Assembly (NCBI GenBank): GCA_964403205.1
Contig: CAYOER010000001.1
Span: forward strand, 14,037-78,036
Source of the DNA: an uncultured Candidatus Saccharibacteria bacterium
GTDB taxonomy: Bacteria; Patescibacteriota; Minisyncoccia; Phycocordibacterales; PALSA-1337
DNA: 64,000 nucleotides
Direction of reading: 5' to 3'
Both the position numbers and the translations under genes were made by a program. Within the stretch, counting starts at the first letter, position 1. Each line of letters begins with the position of its first letter. Shown here in pieces: positions 40,119-50,179 of the stretch. The notes under the pieces are model-generated. The model made no database searches and was not told where the DNA came from. It worked only from the letters and a program-made list of their open reading frames with translations.

Positions 40119-40598
40119 CTAGCTCGCAATGCCACACATTGCCTGCCGACGCTTCTTGCTATGCCCATTTCTGCCGTTGCGCCCATGGGTGCTATTGGCG
40201 AGAGCGACAATTTCTTCATTTGAAATACCGCCTCGAATTGGAAGGACAAGGGCTGGCTTACATGGAAACCAATCCTCTGCAATCACATCGGATTGCTGAG
40301 TCGGGAAGACTGCATCCTCCACCGGCTTTCTGGCAGTTTTTCCATCGAAACTCTTGCGAGGTCCCCAGATCCAGGCACAGAGTTTGTTGTCTGTACTTCT
40401 ACCGTCTAGGATCAGGACGATCAGATCCCCAGTCTGTGGATGTTCGTCGAGGTGGTTTTCAGTGATCCACCCAGACTCAGTCTCTCTGCAGGAATCGATG
40501 TGGATATAGACTTCGCCTTGGCTGGTATTTTCCAAGCTAGCAAAGCCGAACCCCCGATTTCCGAATCGAGTCACTGTCGCAAACCTAATCTGTGCCAT
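40119..40598 (-). CDS. Cold-shock/OB-fold-like protein with a basic C-terminal tail
   Basis: RNP1-like RGFGF and RNP2-like VYIH; SD AAGGA; GC-rich relative to the flanks. Confidence 0.55.
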   Translation of the reverse strand: MAQIRFATVTRFGNRGFGFASLENTSQGEVYIHIDSCRETESGWITENHLDEHPQTGDLIVLILDGRSTDNKLCAWIWGPRKSFDGKTARKPVEDAVFPTQQSDVIAEDWFPCKPALVLPIRGGISNEEIVALANSTHGRNGRNGHSKKRRQAMCGIAS

Positions 40599-40783
40599 AT
40601 ATATCCTTAATCGAATTGTGTTGTGCTAAAGCAAAGAGATAGCCTAAAATAAGGATCCCCAAGCTCGTTCTATATAACCCTAGCATACTATTGACTAGTT
40701 GTCAATATTAATTTAATATTACCCTACTTTTCTGTGGACATTATACCAAAAAGTTCGGATTTTTCGGCGGGCGGGCTTAAATT

Positions 40784-42562
40784 CTAATTACCAACAACCT
40801 CAAATAAGCACTTATTTTTTGTAACTATATTTTTGAGATATTCGTCACAGAAATTTACCATATCCTTGAAGGGTAAAAACTTTGGCTGGGTGTTGGTAAT
40901 TTTATAAGGGAAAATATAGAAATTCATTTTATTATCTCCCAGCACTACTCCGGCTCCAATGCCTTGATTAGTCTCTGATGTTTGCTGATCGAAGATTAAA
41001 CTTCCTAAGGAATAAAAAATTGTCCTGTTCTTATATATTTCTACTGACTGAATCACATGTGGATGGTGACCAAAAATGACATCCGCTCCATTATCAATAA
41101 GGCTATGTGCTATCTCTTTTTGGATTTTTGATTGAAGTTTATCGTATTCGTAACCCCAATGAATGTTTATAACAACATAGTTATTTTCTGACTTCAGTCT
41201 CTTAACGAGAGGATAAAAATTCTCTACGGGCACAGGTTGATTTGTTTGGTCTATGCCCACAAATGCAATATTCTTGTCATGAACCTTCTTAATTACATAA
41301 CTTGATTCGAGAGATCGGTTTCCAAAGTAGCCAATATTGTAATTACTCAAATATTTTTGTGTGCTATCAATTCCCGCTTGGTAACAATCAAATGAGTGAT
41401 TATTCGCAAGATTTACTAAATCAAAATTAGCGGCGTATAACAGCTTGTTGGTAGTAGAGGCAAACTGGAAAGTAAGTTCCTTATTTTGGCACTCAGCTCT
41501 AGGTATCTCAATAATTGGACCCTCAAGATTGCCGATAATAAAGTCCACCCCCTTTAAGAAATTACCTTCGGTCCCACGAATAAACTCGAACGGGTCCTTT
41601 CCTTTTTGAGTGTATACCCTTACTCCACGATCAAACATCATATCTCCAAAGTTAAGAATAGAGACGTTTTCACTCATTACTGGTTTGCCTTTTATGAAAT
41701 ATGAAAAGAGATAACTTGTTACATCCTCTGAATCAAAATTTGCGCCAAATATAGCTGAGTTTGTATTCTTATACTCCATTTTCTGAGCGCCTTTACCTTC
41801 AAGATATTTCAAGAGAGTATATATTGACGGAGGACTATCTATCTCAAGATTTAGGACCGTATCGTAATCAAAATTATCTATAGCAGATATACTTTTCTTA
41901 TCGTGAAATTCTGAAACAATCTCTTTACTGTGATGTGAGAAATCTACGCTAGCAAGAATAAGAGTATCAACAGGGAGAGTTTTATTTAAATCACTGACTA
42001 GCTGATCTAATTTTGCTTTCGATGTCGTTCTTTTGAGGATTATAGGTACTAATTTTGAATCAGGAAAAGCTTTTTTAATGTAAGAAACATCTGCAGCGAT
42101 TGAATGCTCTATTTCAAATGGCTGTTCGTTATTATGAACGATACTATCCTGGAGGAGTTGATCAATGGTTTTACTATCCGGCTCGAGTATTCCCCACGGT
42201 GTTTGGTATGGATATTTAGAAACCAAAATATCATCAGTTCCCAAACTATAATGATTTGGTCCTATTAGTACAATCGTCTTAGGGTGTTGTTTTTTTAAAC
42301 TAGCAAAGAATTGTGCAATTTCTGAGGCCACATACAGATGATGCGAAAGAATCCCACCATAAACCTTCTCATCAAACACCTTCTTGGGCACAATCTCTTC
42401 TACATCCCCGTAGAATGATTTATCCTTAAAAGAAGCGTAGTGGAAATTTGTGTATACAATTTCTTGCACCTTTTCAGCTTTCTTGGAATAGCCTATGGCT
42501 AGCAGTGCAACTAAAGCCACCCCTAAAATTATAGGTAATAATATCAGGGTGATCTTCTTCAT
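40784..42562 (-). CDS. Membrane-anchored Memo (AmmeMemoRadiSam B-like) and CapA/PGA_cap metallophosphoesterase fusion
   Basis: SHH, GPNH, EHSI, ASVDFSH; then GDMMFDRG, GNLEGP, LANNHSFD, IHWGYE, GHHPHV, YSLG. Confidence 0.85.
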   Translation of the reverse strand: MKKITLILLPIILGVALVALLAIGYSKKAEKVQEIVYTNFHYASFKDKSFYGDVEEIVPKKVFDEKVYGGILSHHLYVASEIAQFFASLKKQHPKTIVLIGPNHYSLGTDDILVSKYPYQTPWGILEPDSKTIDQLLQDSIVHNNEQPFEIEHSIAADVSYIKKAFPDSKLVPIILKRTTSKAKLDQLVSDLNKTLPVDTLILASVDFSHHSKEIVSEFHDKKSISAIDNFDYDTVLNLEIDSPPSIYTLLKYLEGKGAQKMEYKNTNSAIFGANFDSEDVTSYLFSYFIKGKPVMSENVSILNFGDMMFDRGVRVYTQKGKDPFEFIRGTEGNFLKGVDFIIGNLEGPIIEIPRAECQNKELTFQFASTTNKLLYAANFDLVNLANNHSFDCYQAGIDSTQKYLSNYNIGYFGNRSLESSYVIKKVHDKNIAFVGIDQTNQPVPVENFYPLVKRLKSENNYVVINIHWGYEYDKLQSKIQKEIAHSLIDNGADVIFGHHPHVIQSVEIYKNRTIFYSLGSLIFDQQTSETNQGIGAGVVLGDNKMNFYIFPYKITNTQPKFLPFKDMVNFCDEYLKNIVTKNKCLFEVVGN

Positions 42563-42565
42563 GTG

Positions 42566-44188
42566 TTATCTAAGTAATACTCCACCCCATTCTGCGACTA
42601 TGAATCCATTGCGCTCCGGTGTTACAGGTAGTACCTGTGGCTTTATATCTTTTGCTTGAGTTAAACCTTTTGCTGTCAACATAACTCTTATAACTGTATC
42701 TGGATAAACAGGAGAAATCTTGAGAGGTGCCATTTGGTCAAGCTGATTCTTTGGCAAGAATGAGATCTGGTAATACGGCATATCACTGAGCTTCGTAACC
42801 CAATATTCTTTGAAGTCTGCAATTTCCTTAGTATTCAATCCGAGTATCTTTAATTTTTCATCGAGGAAGCTAGCAATATTTTCTTTCTTCACTATCCAGC
42901 CTTCTGTTTCGTTTATCGGATAATTAAGACCGATTCCAGACCAGTAAAGATAGTCGTAATTATTGCCCGTCTTAAGATCGACAACATTACCGTTTGGATT
43001 CGCTTCTACGTTCCACCCGTCATCAGTATATTGAGGGATGGTCTTAATGAATCCTCCATTTGGAGTAACTTGAACATTAAGATTAGTTTTCTCCGTAGGA
43101 TAGAGATAGATTACAGGTTTACACTTCTCTGCCGCAATAAGGAATCTTTTATTCTTAAACTCAATCCATCTTCCCAGTGGGTCCTTCCAGTACATCAAAG
43201 GATGAAAATTCGTAAATTGCTGATAAGTATATTTATTTGTCGCTACTTGCTGATAATTACCAGATTCGTTACTTATGTACGCAACAGTATTTTTGTCATT
43301 ATACAAAGCCTGAAGGGTTGGATCTGAAGAATTTTTATACTCGTAAAAATCTTCTCCATTTGATGCCTTACCTGCGAGAATTAATCTGTCGTTCAGCTTC
43401 AATTCTGTATCTTTTACATCGGCAAGATACATACAAACAGCTCCACATCCTCCTATGCGAGTGAATTCATATTGCTCATTATTTTGTACATTACCGTTAA
43501 AAGTAAGATTTACTTCTCCGTTTTCAGCATTCACAAACGGTATTTTAAAATCGTATGCAATTGCTGTGTGGTCAGGCAACTCAATCATGATGCAACCATG
43601 ATCTGTTAGATAAAAATCTCCGAGGCCCACCATACTAAACAATTTCTTTACAGGCTTTACATCTTTGTAAAGCATACTTGGGGAGTACCATTTCTTCATC
43701 TTGTAATTTGATCCGGGGAAAGCTATTTCTTCCGGTAGATCAGAAATCCCATGTATTGTAAACTTGTTTTCCTCTAAAGAAACCTTTTTACCATTTGAAA
43801 TAACATAGTGATCGTAATAATCGCCTCCCATTTCGCCTTGAGCACGCAAATATATTGTTTGACCCTTCAGGGCTCCATTTGTGATCTGGCCAACAATATA
43901 TTTAGTTGAGTAATCACAACCTGGTTTGCCTTCACAATTTTCAGATACATTCGTTAACTGATTTTGCCATGCAACTTCAACCAAATAGGGTGTAACACTG
44001 AATGATATGGATGGTTCAGGTTGGTTATCAGTAGGTGTGGTATTTTTTACTGGATTATTTACAACGGGACTATTATCCACTATTTTATTAAGGGACACAT
44101 CGCCTATTTTTTTGTTTTGGAATATAAAAAATCCTGCTACTACAATAACTATTATACCGACCACAACCCAAATATTTTTGTTATGCAT
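42566..44188 (-). CDS. Membrane-anchored hypothetical protein with a C-terminal KPVIYLYP...EWGG domain
   Basis: N-terminal TM helix; KCKPVIYLYP, YDYLYW, GLNTKEIADFKEYW, RNGFIVAEWGG. Confidence 0.7.
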   Translation of the reverse strand: MHNKNIWVVVGIIVIVVAGFFIFQNKKIGDVSLNKIVDNSPVVNNPVKNTTPTDNQPEPSISFSVTPYLVEVAWQNQLTNVSENCEGKPGCDYSTKYIVGQITNGALKGQTIYLRAQGEMGGDYYDHYVISNGKKVSLEENKFTIHGISDLPEEIAFPGSNYKMKKWYSPSMLYKDVKPVKKLFSMVGLGDFYLTDHGCIMIELPDHTAIAYDFKIPFVNAENGEVNLTFNGNVQNNEQYEFTRIGGCGAVCMYLADVKDTELKLNDRLILAGKASNGEDFYEYKNSSDPTLQALYNDKNTVAYISNESGNYQQVATNKYTYQQFTNFHPLMYWKDPLGRWIEFKNKRFLIAAEKCKPVIYLYPTEKTNLNVQVTPNGGFIKTIPQYTDDGWNVEANPNGNVVDLKTGNNYDYLYWSGIGLNYPINETEGWIVKKENIASFLDEKLKILGLNTKEIADFKEYWVTKLSDMPYYQISFLPKNQLDQMAPLKISPVYPDTVIRVMLTAKGLTQAKDIKPQVLPVTPERNGFIVAEWGGVLLR

Positions 44189-44229
44189 AATTTTGACAAA
44201 AATTAGTTAATAATATCAAGAATTCAATT

Positions 44230-45618
44230 TTACCTAAGCTTAATCCCCAATTCCTTCAATTGCTTTTCATTTGCTTCGCTTGGTGCATTCATCATAAGAT
44301 CCTTCCCTTCTCCTGTTTTCGGATAAGCTATCACTTCACGGATATTAGGTTCCCCTAATAGAATCATCACTATACGATCTATACCAGGAGCGAATCCTCC
44401 ATGTGGAGGAGCACCGTATTTGAAAGCTTCTAACATATGAGCAAATTTTCTCTGTTGTTCTTCCTCACTGATTCTTAATAATTCGAATACTCTTTTTTGT
44501 ATATCACTTTGATGTATACGAATACTACCAGAACTTAACTCATAACCATTTAATACTAGATCATAGGAATTCGCTCTTATTGAGAATAAATCTTTACCAG
44601 ACATGAAATTTCCCAAATCTTCTTCTTTTATAGAACAGAATGGATGATGTGCCGCTTGTATATTTCCTTCTTCATCTTTCTCAAACATTGGAAAATCGAC
44701 AATCCATGCAAAAGCGAGTTCATTTGGATTATTTTTATCCTTTCTTAAATCTGGCTTATCTGAACCATATTTATCCACTGATTCTTTATATGTAAGTCTT
44801 GGAAAAGGGATCTGTGTAAAGGTTTTTTCTGGAAAAAGAGTTTTTACTAATTCTATAAACATCGGTTCTGTATAGCTTAATATATCCTCTTGATTTACGA
44901 ATGACATTTCGAAATCCAGCTGTGTAAATTCTGGCTGTCTGTCTCCTCTTAGATCCTCATCTCTCATACATCTCGCTATTTGGAAATATCTATCGAATCC
45001 TGCCACCATAGAAAGTTGCTTAAACTGTTGTGGACTTTGTGGAAGAGCATAGAATTTACCATTTTCTATTCTAGATGGTACTAGATACTCTCTAGAACCC
45101 TCTGGTGTACCTTTCATAAGAATTGGAGTTTCTATTTCTACAAAATTATTCTTATGCATATACTCTCTAAAGAAAGTGATAATTTTATCTCGCATTACTA
45201 TATTTCTCTGCATCCTCGGTCTTCGGAGATCTAGGTATCTATATTTCAATCTCACCTCTTCCCCTATTTCCCTTCCATCACTTTGTACATCAAAAGGTGG
45301 AGTTTCTGCTCTATTTAAGACTTTAATATTTAAAATTTCTAATTCTATATTGCCATTCTGTTTATCTTTTTGTGCATTCTTTTCTGGACGTTTATTTACC
45401 TTTCCTTTCACCTCTACTACCCATTCTGGTCTGATTTCTTTTGCTATTTCTAATGTCTCTTTATTGTTAGATAGAACGACACCTTGTATCTTCCCTGTTA
45501 CATCACGGAAATCAAAGAAGACCATTTTACCCTGATCACGCCGAATATCGATCCAGCCGGATATGCTTATTTCTTCACCTATTTTACTTCCTAGATCCTT
45601 TATATATGTTCTTTTCAT
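44230..45618 (-). CDS. aspS: Aspartyl-tRNA synthetase, short form lacking the GAD insertion
   Basis: OB fold, RLKYRYLDLR, TPEGSREY, LPQSPQ, DRQPEFTQLD, GAPPHGG; only 462 aa. Confidence 0.95.
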   Translation of the reverse strand: MKRTYIKDLGSKIGEEISISGWIDIRRDQGKMVFFDFRDVTGKIQGVVLSNNKETLEIAKEIRPEWVVEVKGKVNKRPEKNAQKDKQNGNIELEILNIKVLNRAETPPFDVQSDGREIGEEVRLKYRYLDLRRPRMQRNIVMRDKIITFFREYMHKNNFVEIETPILMKGTPEGSREYLVPSRIENGKFYALPQSPQQFKQLSMVAGFDRYFQIARCMRDEDLRGDRQPEFTQLDFEMSFVNQEDILSYTEPMFIELVKTLFPEKTFTQIPFPRLTYKESVDKYGSDKPDLRKDKNNPNELAFAWIVDFPMFEKDEEGNIQAAHHPFCSIKEEDLGNFMSGKDLFSIRANSYDLVLNGYELSSGSIRIHQSDIQKRVFELLRISEEEQQRKFAHMLEAFKYGAPPHGGFAPGIDRIVMILLGEPNIREVIAYPKTGEGKDLMMNAPSEANEKQLKELGIKLR

Positions 45619-45687
45619 ATTAGGGTAATATTAGCATATTACTGTATTCATTTCATCTGGTAATAGATAATCTTTATTGCTATTATT

Positions 45688-45975
45688 ATGTCAGAAAGGC
45701 TCCCCATGATCAACTCCGAAATTACAGATAAAATCATGCAGGGTTTGCAGGTTTCTCTGGAAGCAATAGGAAAGGATGAGGATGAGATTAGAAAATTGAT
45801 GTGGCACTTCAGAAGTATGATGATAAATGTGAATCGAAATGTGTATATTCTGCCATCCGGCGATTACAAATTCACACTTGTCATTGCTTCTGTAGCTAAT
45901 CAACAAATTCGTTTACTTGTTGCAAGTGCTCTCAATCAATCAAGCCTCAACTTCTCCACTGTTTCTGCTGTATGA
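45688..45975 (+). CDS. Hypothetical protein
   Basis: 95-aa ORF followed by a CGCCACGC/GCGTGGCG hairpin at 45995-46027. Confidence 0.5.
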   Translation: MSERLPMINSEITDKIMQGLQVSLEAIGKDEDEIRKLMWHFRSMMINVNRNVYILPSGDYKFTLVIASVANQQIRLLVASALNQSSLNFSTVSAV

Positions 45976-46049
45976 GAAACACAGACTCAACTAACGCCAC
46001 GCTCTGAATTAACACTCAGGCGTGGCGAGGGTTGTTATGTAAGGTTATT

Positions 46050-46442
46050 TTATTTAATCTCCACTATCTCCACCCCACTTTCCCCTACCCTTACCTCTGC
46101 ATATCTATAGACATTTGCATTTTTATAATTCCCTACTGTAGTGATCTTATGAATATTCCCTACTTTTTCTACTTTTAGAATCTGACAATATAGCCACGGC
46201 ATATCTATAGATTCATCACCCTCTCTAATTTCAAAAAAATAATCATGAATAAGCATAAGTATTGCCTGATCTATACATGAAAAAGCATAATAATGATTCA
46301 TGGTTCTATACTCTTTACGTAGAGCTTGATCAAAAAATGTTGCTGATTCTAAAGATGAATAAGAAATAAGAGCTAATAGTATGCCTGATACCATGAGTAC
46401 AATTATTATGGCGATGAAACCTTTATTATTTTTCTTTTTCAT
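46050..46442 (-). CDS. Minor pilin-like protein (PilX-like)
   Basis: KKKNNKG|FIAIIIVL class III signal, AFSCIDQAI; last gene of the pil cluster. Confidence 0.7.
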   Translation of the reverse strand: MKKKNNKGFIAIIIVLMVSGILLALISYSSLESATFFDQALRKEYRTMNHYYAFSCIDQAILMLIHDYFFEIREGDESIDMPWLYCQILKVEKVGNIHKITTVGNYKNANVYRYAEVRVGESGVEIVEIK

Positions 46443-46584
46443 AATTTTTATCTATTTTTCTTTGTTCAAGATCAATAATCATATAGACAGACGAAAAAAC
46501 ACCAATCATTAGTATTGCCAATAAAGCTGTATATATTATTGTTTCTATAAGAGTATTCCCTTTTTTATTTTTTCTTATATTCAT
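46426..46584 (-). CDS. 52-aa minimal prepilin (not in the ORF track)
   Basis: MNIRKNKKG|NTLIETIIYTALLAILMIGVF with E5; ATGA-coupled to the upstream gene. Confidence 0.75.
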   Translation of the reverse strand: MNIRKNKKGNTLIETIIYTALLAILMIGVFSSVYMIIDLEQRKIDKNYEKEK

Positions 46585-47801
46585 TTTATTTTCATTATTC
46601 CTATTCCATGACTATCTCCAGTGGCAAAATAGAAAGTGTTTCTATCACAGGTAAAAGCATTCGGTAGAAATCCGAGAGCTCTATCTAATATTTTATTTTC
46701 TAGTGTTTGATCTAATATTTGTAATTCTTTACCAGGAGACTTCGTAGATATATAGATATTAGGAGGACGAATAAGAGTATCATAAACACCACCTGGTATA
46801 TCTCTAGAATATTGTGATGATGAGGAAAATAAAAATAATTCATGATTATTAATATTATTAAATCCACCAACTGTTCTACTGAAAGCGTAAGAATCTTGGA
46901 AAAATGATAGGGATTTCCCTTCTTGAGTTTCATATCCAGATGGAGAAAATGAATCTATTTCTATAATATTAGTATGATCAGAAATATTTAACACAATCAT
47001 CTGCTCTTCATTTGCTGTAGCTAGATAAGCGAGATTACCTTTCACATATATATCATTTACGAGTGTATCAGTCTCAAATCCCCCTAGATAATTTGGTAAA
47101 TATGGATTAGAAACATCTATAATAGCGAATTCCCTACCGTTCCATTTCCTAGTACCTAGATATATTTTATTTTTATAATAGAAAATACTTTCTGCCCAAG
47201 GCGCAGTTGTAGATGCCGTGGGTAATGGTAATTTCAAAGTAGAAATAAGTATTGGATTTTCTCTATTTTCAATATCCAATATTTGCATTTGACTGACTGT
47301 GCTCTGATTTGCAAGATACGCATAGTGTCCTGCAATCTCTAGAGAAGAAAGTCCAGGACTAGTATGTATAGATGAAATAATACTCGATGATGCAGGATCT
47401 CTGGCATCTATAATATAGAAATCTGGAGCAGATAAAATACTAGAATCTGTTGTAAGGTATATAATCCCATTTCTCACTTCTATATCTGTACTGATATTCC
47501 CTATTCCAAGATCTATACCTTGTGAATACAGAGTTATATTTTCTGAATTAAAATATATATTTTCATAACAATTATCTCTACCCCATTCTCTACTATAATC
47601 ACTTAATTTATATTGATTTTCTAGATTTGGTATTTCAGCTTCCAATTTCTCTAGATTTTTCTCTGCTTGATGGTATAGAGCTTGCATAGTTTCTGATAGA
47701 GTCAGTGAGGAAATGAGAAAAAGAGTCATGAGGGAGAAAGCAATCATGATTTCAAGTAAAAGAAAACCATTTATAAATTTTAAATTTAATTTATTTTGCA
47801 T
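46581..47801 (-). CDS. Prepilin-leader protein with LVIVD-repeat beta-propeller (putative pilus adhesin)
   Basis: NG|FLLLEIMIA; repeats FYIIDARDP, MQILDIENRENP, FAIIDVSNP, MIVLNISD. Confidence 0.75.
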   Translation of the reverse strand: MQNKLNLKFINGFLLLEIMIAFSLMTLFLISSLTLSETMQALYHQAEKNLEKLEAEIPNLENQYKLSDYSREWGRDNCYENIYFNSENITLYSQGIDLGIGNISTDIEVRNGIIYLTTDSSILSAPDFYIIDARDPASSSIISSIHTSPGLSSLEIAGHYAYLANQSTVSQMQILDIENRENPILISTLKLPLPTASTTAPWAESIFYYKNKIYLGTRKWNGREFAIIDVSNPYLPNYLGGFETDTLVNDIYVKGNLAYLATANEEQMIVLNISDHTNIIEIDSFSPSGYETQEGKSLSFFQDSYAFSRTVGGFNNINNHELFLFSSSSQYSRDIPGGVYDTLIRPPNIYISTKSPGKELQILDQTLENKILDRALGFLPNAFTCDRNTFYFATGDSHGIGIMKIK

Positions 47802-47809
47802 TTTTTATT

Positions 47810-48850
47810 TTAACGACTGAGATGATTGGTTATTTCATATATTGGTAAAATAATAGATAGAGCTACACCACCAACCATAATTCCCATAAAGATCATGAGT
47901 ATAGGTTCAATAAAAGATGAAATTTGTTTTATAAATGAGTCCAATTCATCTTCATAGACTCTTGAAAGATTTTTAAACATAAGACCGAGTGTCCCAGTTC
48001 TCTCACCGATAGATAGCATCTCTGGAATAAGTTTAGGAAAGAATCTATTATTCTTCCGCATATAATCAGATATCGATACGCCTTTCATTATTTCATCTAG
48101 AGCATTACCCCATACCTTTTTGTATGGTTCAAAGATAGCAAAGCTTTCGCTTTTCTCAAGAATTTTTGGAATTGATTGTCCATATTCCAGAAGTATCCCT
48201 ATGGAACGACAATTAATACTCAAAGAATATTTTTTCAATATTTCTCCAATAATTGGAAGTGAAATTATCATTTTCTGTATATTGAATTTGAATTTATCTA
48301 TTTTTTTATATAAAAATATGAATAGAAAAAATAAAATAATAATTGAAATACCCGTCCATAATCCATAATCAATAGAGTATTCATATATTTTCTTCACTAA
48401 TCTAGTAATAAAGGGCAAAGTAATATTGAGACTAGAAAAAAGTGGCATAATCTTGGGGAAAATATAAATAATAAGAAAAGCTGTCATGGCTAGAGTAGAT
48501 ATAGCTATGAAAGATGGATATACCATAGCTCCGAAAAGCCTTTTCTTTATATTTTTTGATTTTTCTAATATTTCTTTTGCTTGTTTTATTGATATAGACA
48601 ATATTCCACTTTCTTCACCATAGGCGATCATGGATATGAGTATTTGATCAAAGCGTGTACTAGATAAAGTCATGCTTTTTGAAAGTGATATGCCTTTTCT
48701 TATTTTTTCTCTTATTTCATTTATTATTTTCTTTATTTTTTTATTTTCTTCAGTATTCAGAATAATAGAAAGGGTTTCTTCCATAGATATACCAGAATCT
48801 ATAAGATTGGCTATTTTATCTATGAATTGTATTTGTCTATTTTTATTCAT
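47810..48850 (-). CDS. pilC: Type IV pilus/T2SS platform protein PilC/GspF
   Basis: GEESGIL, AMVYP, GERTGTL, IEPILMIFMG, ILPIY. Confidence 0.9.
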   Translation of the reverse strand: MNKNRQIQFIDKIANLIDSGISMEETLSIILNTEENKKIKKIINEIREKIRKGISLSKSMTLSSTRFDQILISMIAYGEESGILSISIKQAKEILEKSKNIKKRLFGAMVYPSFIAISTLAMTAFLIIYIFPKIMPLFSSLNITLPFITRLVKKIYEYSIDYGLWTGISIIILFFLFIFLYKKIDKFKFNIQKMIISLPIIGEILKKYSLSINCRSIGILLEYGQSIPKILEKSESFAIFEPYKKVWGNALDEIMKGVSISDYMRKNNRFFPKLIPEMLSIGERTGTLGLMFKNLSRVYEDELDSFIKQISSFIEPILMIFMGIMVGGVALSIILPIYEITNHLSR

Positions 48851-48865
48851 TTTTTTATTTAGAAT

Positions 48866-49996
48866 CTATTCATGTAGAACTCGTAGAACTTCTTCTTTTG
48901 TGGTTATTCCCTTTTCGACCTTTTCCATACCATCCTCATACATAGATATCATTCCAGATACTCTGGCATAGCGACTAATCTCTCCTATGGAAATACGAGA
49001 CATAATGTACTTTCTCATTTCCTCATCTATTACTAGAGTTTCAGAAAGCACTGTTCTGCCTTTGTATCCACTTTTAGCACAAATATCACAACCTATTCCC
49101 TGACAATTCTTACAGATCTTTCTGACTAATCTCTGTGCAACAATAATAGAAAGTGTAGAAGCAATAAGATATGGATCCACACCCATATCTATAAGTCGGG
49201 GTATGGTAGAAATAGCAGAATTGGAATGTAGAGTAGATAATAGAAGATGTCCCGTAAGAGAAATATTGGTAGCGATACGAGCTGTTTCTGTATCTCTTAT
49301 TTCTCCAACCATGATAATATCTGGATCTTGGCGGACTATAGAACGCAGACCATTTGCAAAAGAAATACCATGCTTCTCTCTTATTTGTATTTGTCGTATT
49401 CCAGCGATAGCGTATTCTATTGGATCTTCTAGAGTGATAATAGAGGTTTTCCCATCTTGGAGAAGTTTCAATAATGTATATAGTGTGGAAGTTTTCCCTG
49501 AACCTGTAGGACCAGTGACTAATATCATACCTTGATGGTGATTTATCCCGTCTCTTATACATCTCTCATCTCTTTCGCTGAAACCGAGTGCAGATATGGA
49601 TGGTATTGTATTGTCTTCTATGAGGATTCTAAGTACTGCATTTTCTCCATAATGTGTAGGAATAATAGAAACTCGTATATCACATTCACATACACCTTCA
49701 GAATATCGGAATCTTCCGTCTTGTGGTGTGAAATGTATATCTGTACGTAGTCCTGATAATATCTTTATCCTAGCTATTATTTCTTCATGATTATCTAGAG
49801 AAAGACTGTCAATATAAATAAGTGCGCCATCTATACGGAAACGTACAACAATAGCATCAGAAGATGGATCTATATGTATATCAGATGCATTCCGATAATA
49901 TGCATATACAATAAGCGAGTCTATAAGCTCAATAGTAGAGTGAATATCATGTAGAATTTTATTTTCTTTTATAATTTCATATATTTTTTCTTTCAT
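48866..49996 (-). CDS. pilB: Type IV pilus assembly ATPase PilB/GspE, short form
   Basis: ASDIHIDP, PQDGRF, GPTGSGKT, TLEDPIEY, RQDPDIIMVGEIRD, TGHL. Confidence 0.9.
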   Translation of the reverse strand: MKEKIYEIIKENKILHDIHSTIELIDSLIVYAYYRNASDIHIDPSSDAIVVRFRIDGALIYIDSLSLDNHEEIIARIKILSGLRTDIHFTPQDGRFRYSEGVCECDIRVSIIPTHYGENAVLRILIEDNTIPSISALGFSERDERCIRDGINHHQGMILVTGPTGSGKTSTLYTLLKLLQDGKTSIITLEDPIEYAIAGIRQIQIREKHGISFANGLRSIVRQDPDIIMVGEIRDTETARIATNISLTGHLLLSTLHSNSAISTIPRLIDMGVDPYLIASTLSIIVAQRLVRKICKNCQGIGCDICAKSGYKGRTVLSETLVIDEEMRKYIMSRISIGEISRYARVSGMISMYEDGMEKVEKGITTKEEVLRVLHE

Positions 49997-50179
49997 GAGG
50001 AAATCCTAGCAAAGCAGTGATAAAGAAATAATAAAAAAATAATAAAATTTCGATAAAGTTTTTACTAGAAAATAGGTGTATCAGGCATGTCAATATAGTA
50101 GCCAAATAAACCTAGTATATTGGCAATTATATACAGTATTGACCAAACTAGCATTTGTATGCTTTACTGTATACTCGTT

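Noticed and set aside
40754-40767. TTCGG..TTCGG repeat as a second LexA-MTase operator
   Set aside because: The spacing is 4 rather than 6 nt and it does not overlap an evident promoter element.
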